IMG/VR virus record: IMGVR_UViG_2765235989_000002
Coordinates: 19,135 to 83,134 of that record
Length of the DNA stretch: 64,000 nucleotides
Direction: 5' to 3' (one strand)
Source: a virus
Lineage: Duplodnaviria; Caudoviricetes
Under the pieces are notes generated by a model that was given only the letters and a program-made list of their open reading frames with translations, was not told where the DNA came from and did not search any database. Positions 63,872 through 64,000 of the stretch are shown one piece after another (position 1 is the first letter of the stretch; every line of letters begins with the position of its first letter). The translations under genes were made by a program, and so were the position numbers.

Positions 63872-64000
63872 ATGTCTCAGGACCTGATCGACTTCCTCAA
63901 ACCCCGCCTCGACGAAGACGAGCGGGCCGCGCGGGTGGCCAAGCCGAGCCCGTGGCATGCGGACGGCGACCCGGCCCGCGTACTACGGGAGCTGGAGGCC
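63872..64000 (+). CDS. DUF6221-like protein (truncated by the window edge)
   Basis: DLIDFLKPRLDEDERAAR...DPARVLRELEA. Confidence 0.75.
   Translation, partial: MSQDLIDFLKPRLDEDERAARVAKPSPWHADGDPARVLRELEA

Larger units (their letters stand above)
1..64000. mobile_element. Temperate siphovirus-like prophage / phage-plasmid with conjugation module (boundaries not visible)
   Basis: Ordered head-neck-tail-lysis block, replication initiator, tyrosine recombinases, TraB-like translocase and many small phage-type ORFs; no recognisable housekeeping genes. Confidence 0.88.

Noticed and set aside
1-64000. attL/attR repeats, tRNA, rRNA, parAB, CI-type repressor, reverse transcriptase
   Set aside because: None recognised by eye; they may lie outside the window or need a computational search.

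Overview
High-GC actinobacterial DNA, most likely Streptomyces. Almost the whole window looks like one temperate siphovirus-type prophage or phage-plasmid. A minus-strand virion and lysis block (about 6.8-33.2 kb) runs from terminases, portal, scaffold and capsid through neck, tail tube, frameshifted tail chaperones, tape measure and distal tail genes to a papain-like peptidase, amidase-LysM endolysin, holin and collagen-like protein. Next to it is a Streptomyces plasmid/AICE-type conjugation module (34.4-45.3 kb): a TraB/FtsK-like translocase, Spd-like membrane proteins and a divergent KorSA/TraR-like GntR repressor. The window also has a replication initiator with internal iterons, a Cre-like tyrosine recombinase with a degenerate partner and a dif-like site, a RelE-type TA pair, an MmyB-like regulator plus type III PKS, and a TtrA-like helicase. 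The strongest unexplained signals are: about 40 GGTCTC/GAGACC hexamers packed into about 670 bp of a transfer gene and running past its stop codon; the phage-borne PKS/regulator pair; a hidden 28-aa type-I-toxin-like peptide between terL and portal; two structured leader RNAs; and a three-copy AAGCRTKG-N6-CAATGCTT operator. No tRNA, rRNA, CRISPR array, parA or att direct repeats were recognised. All calls come from reading motifs by eye; no searches were run.
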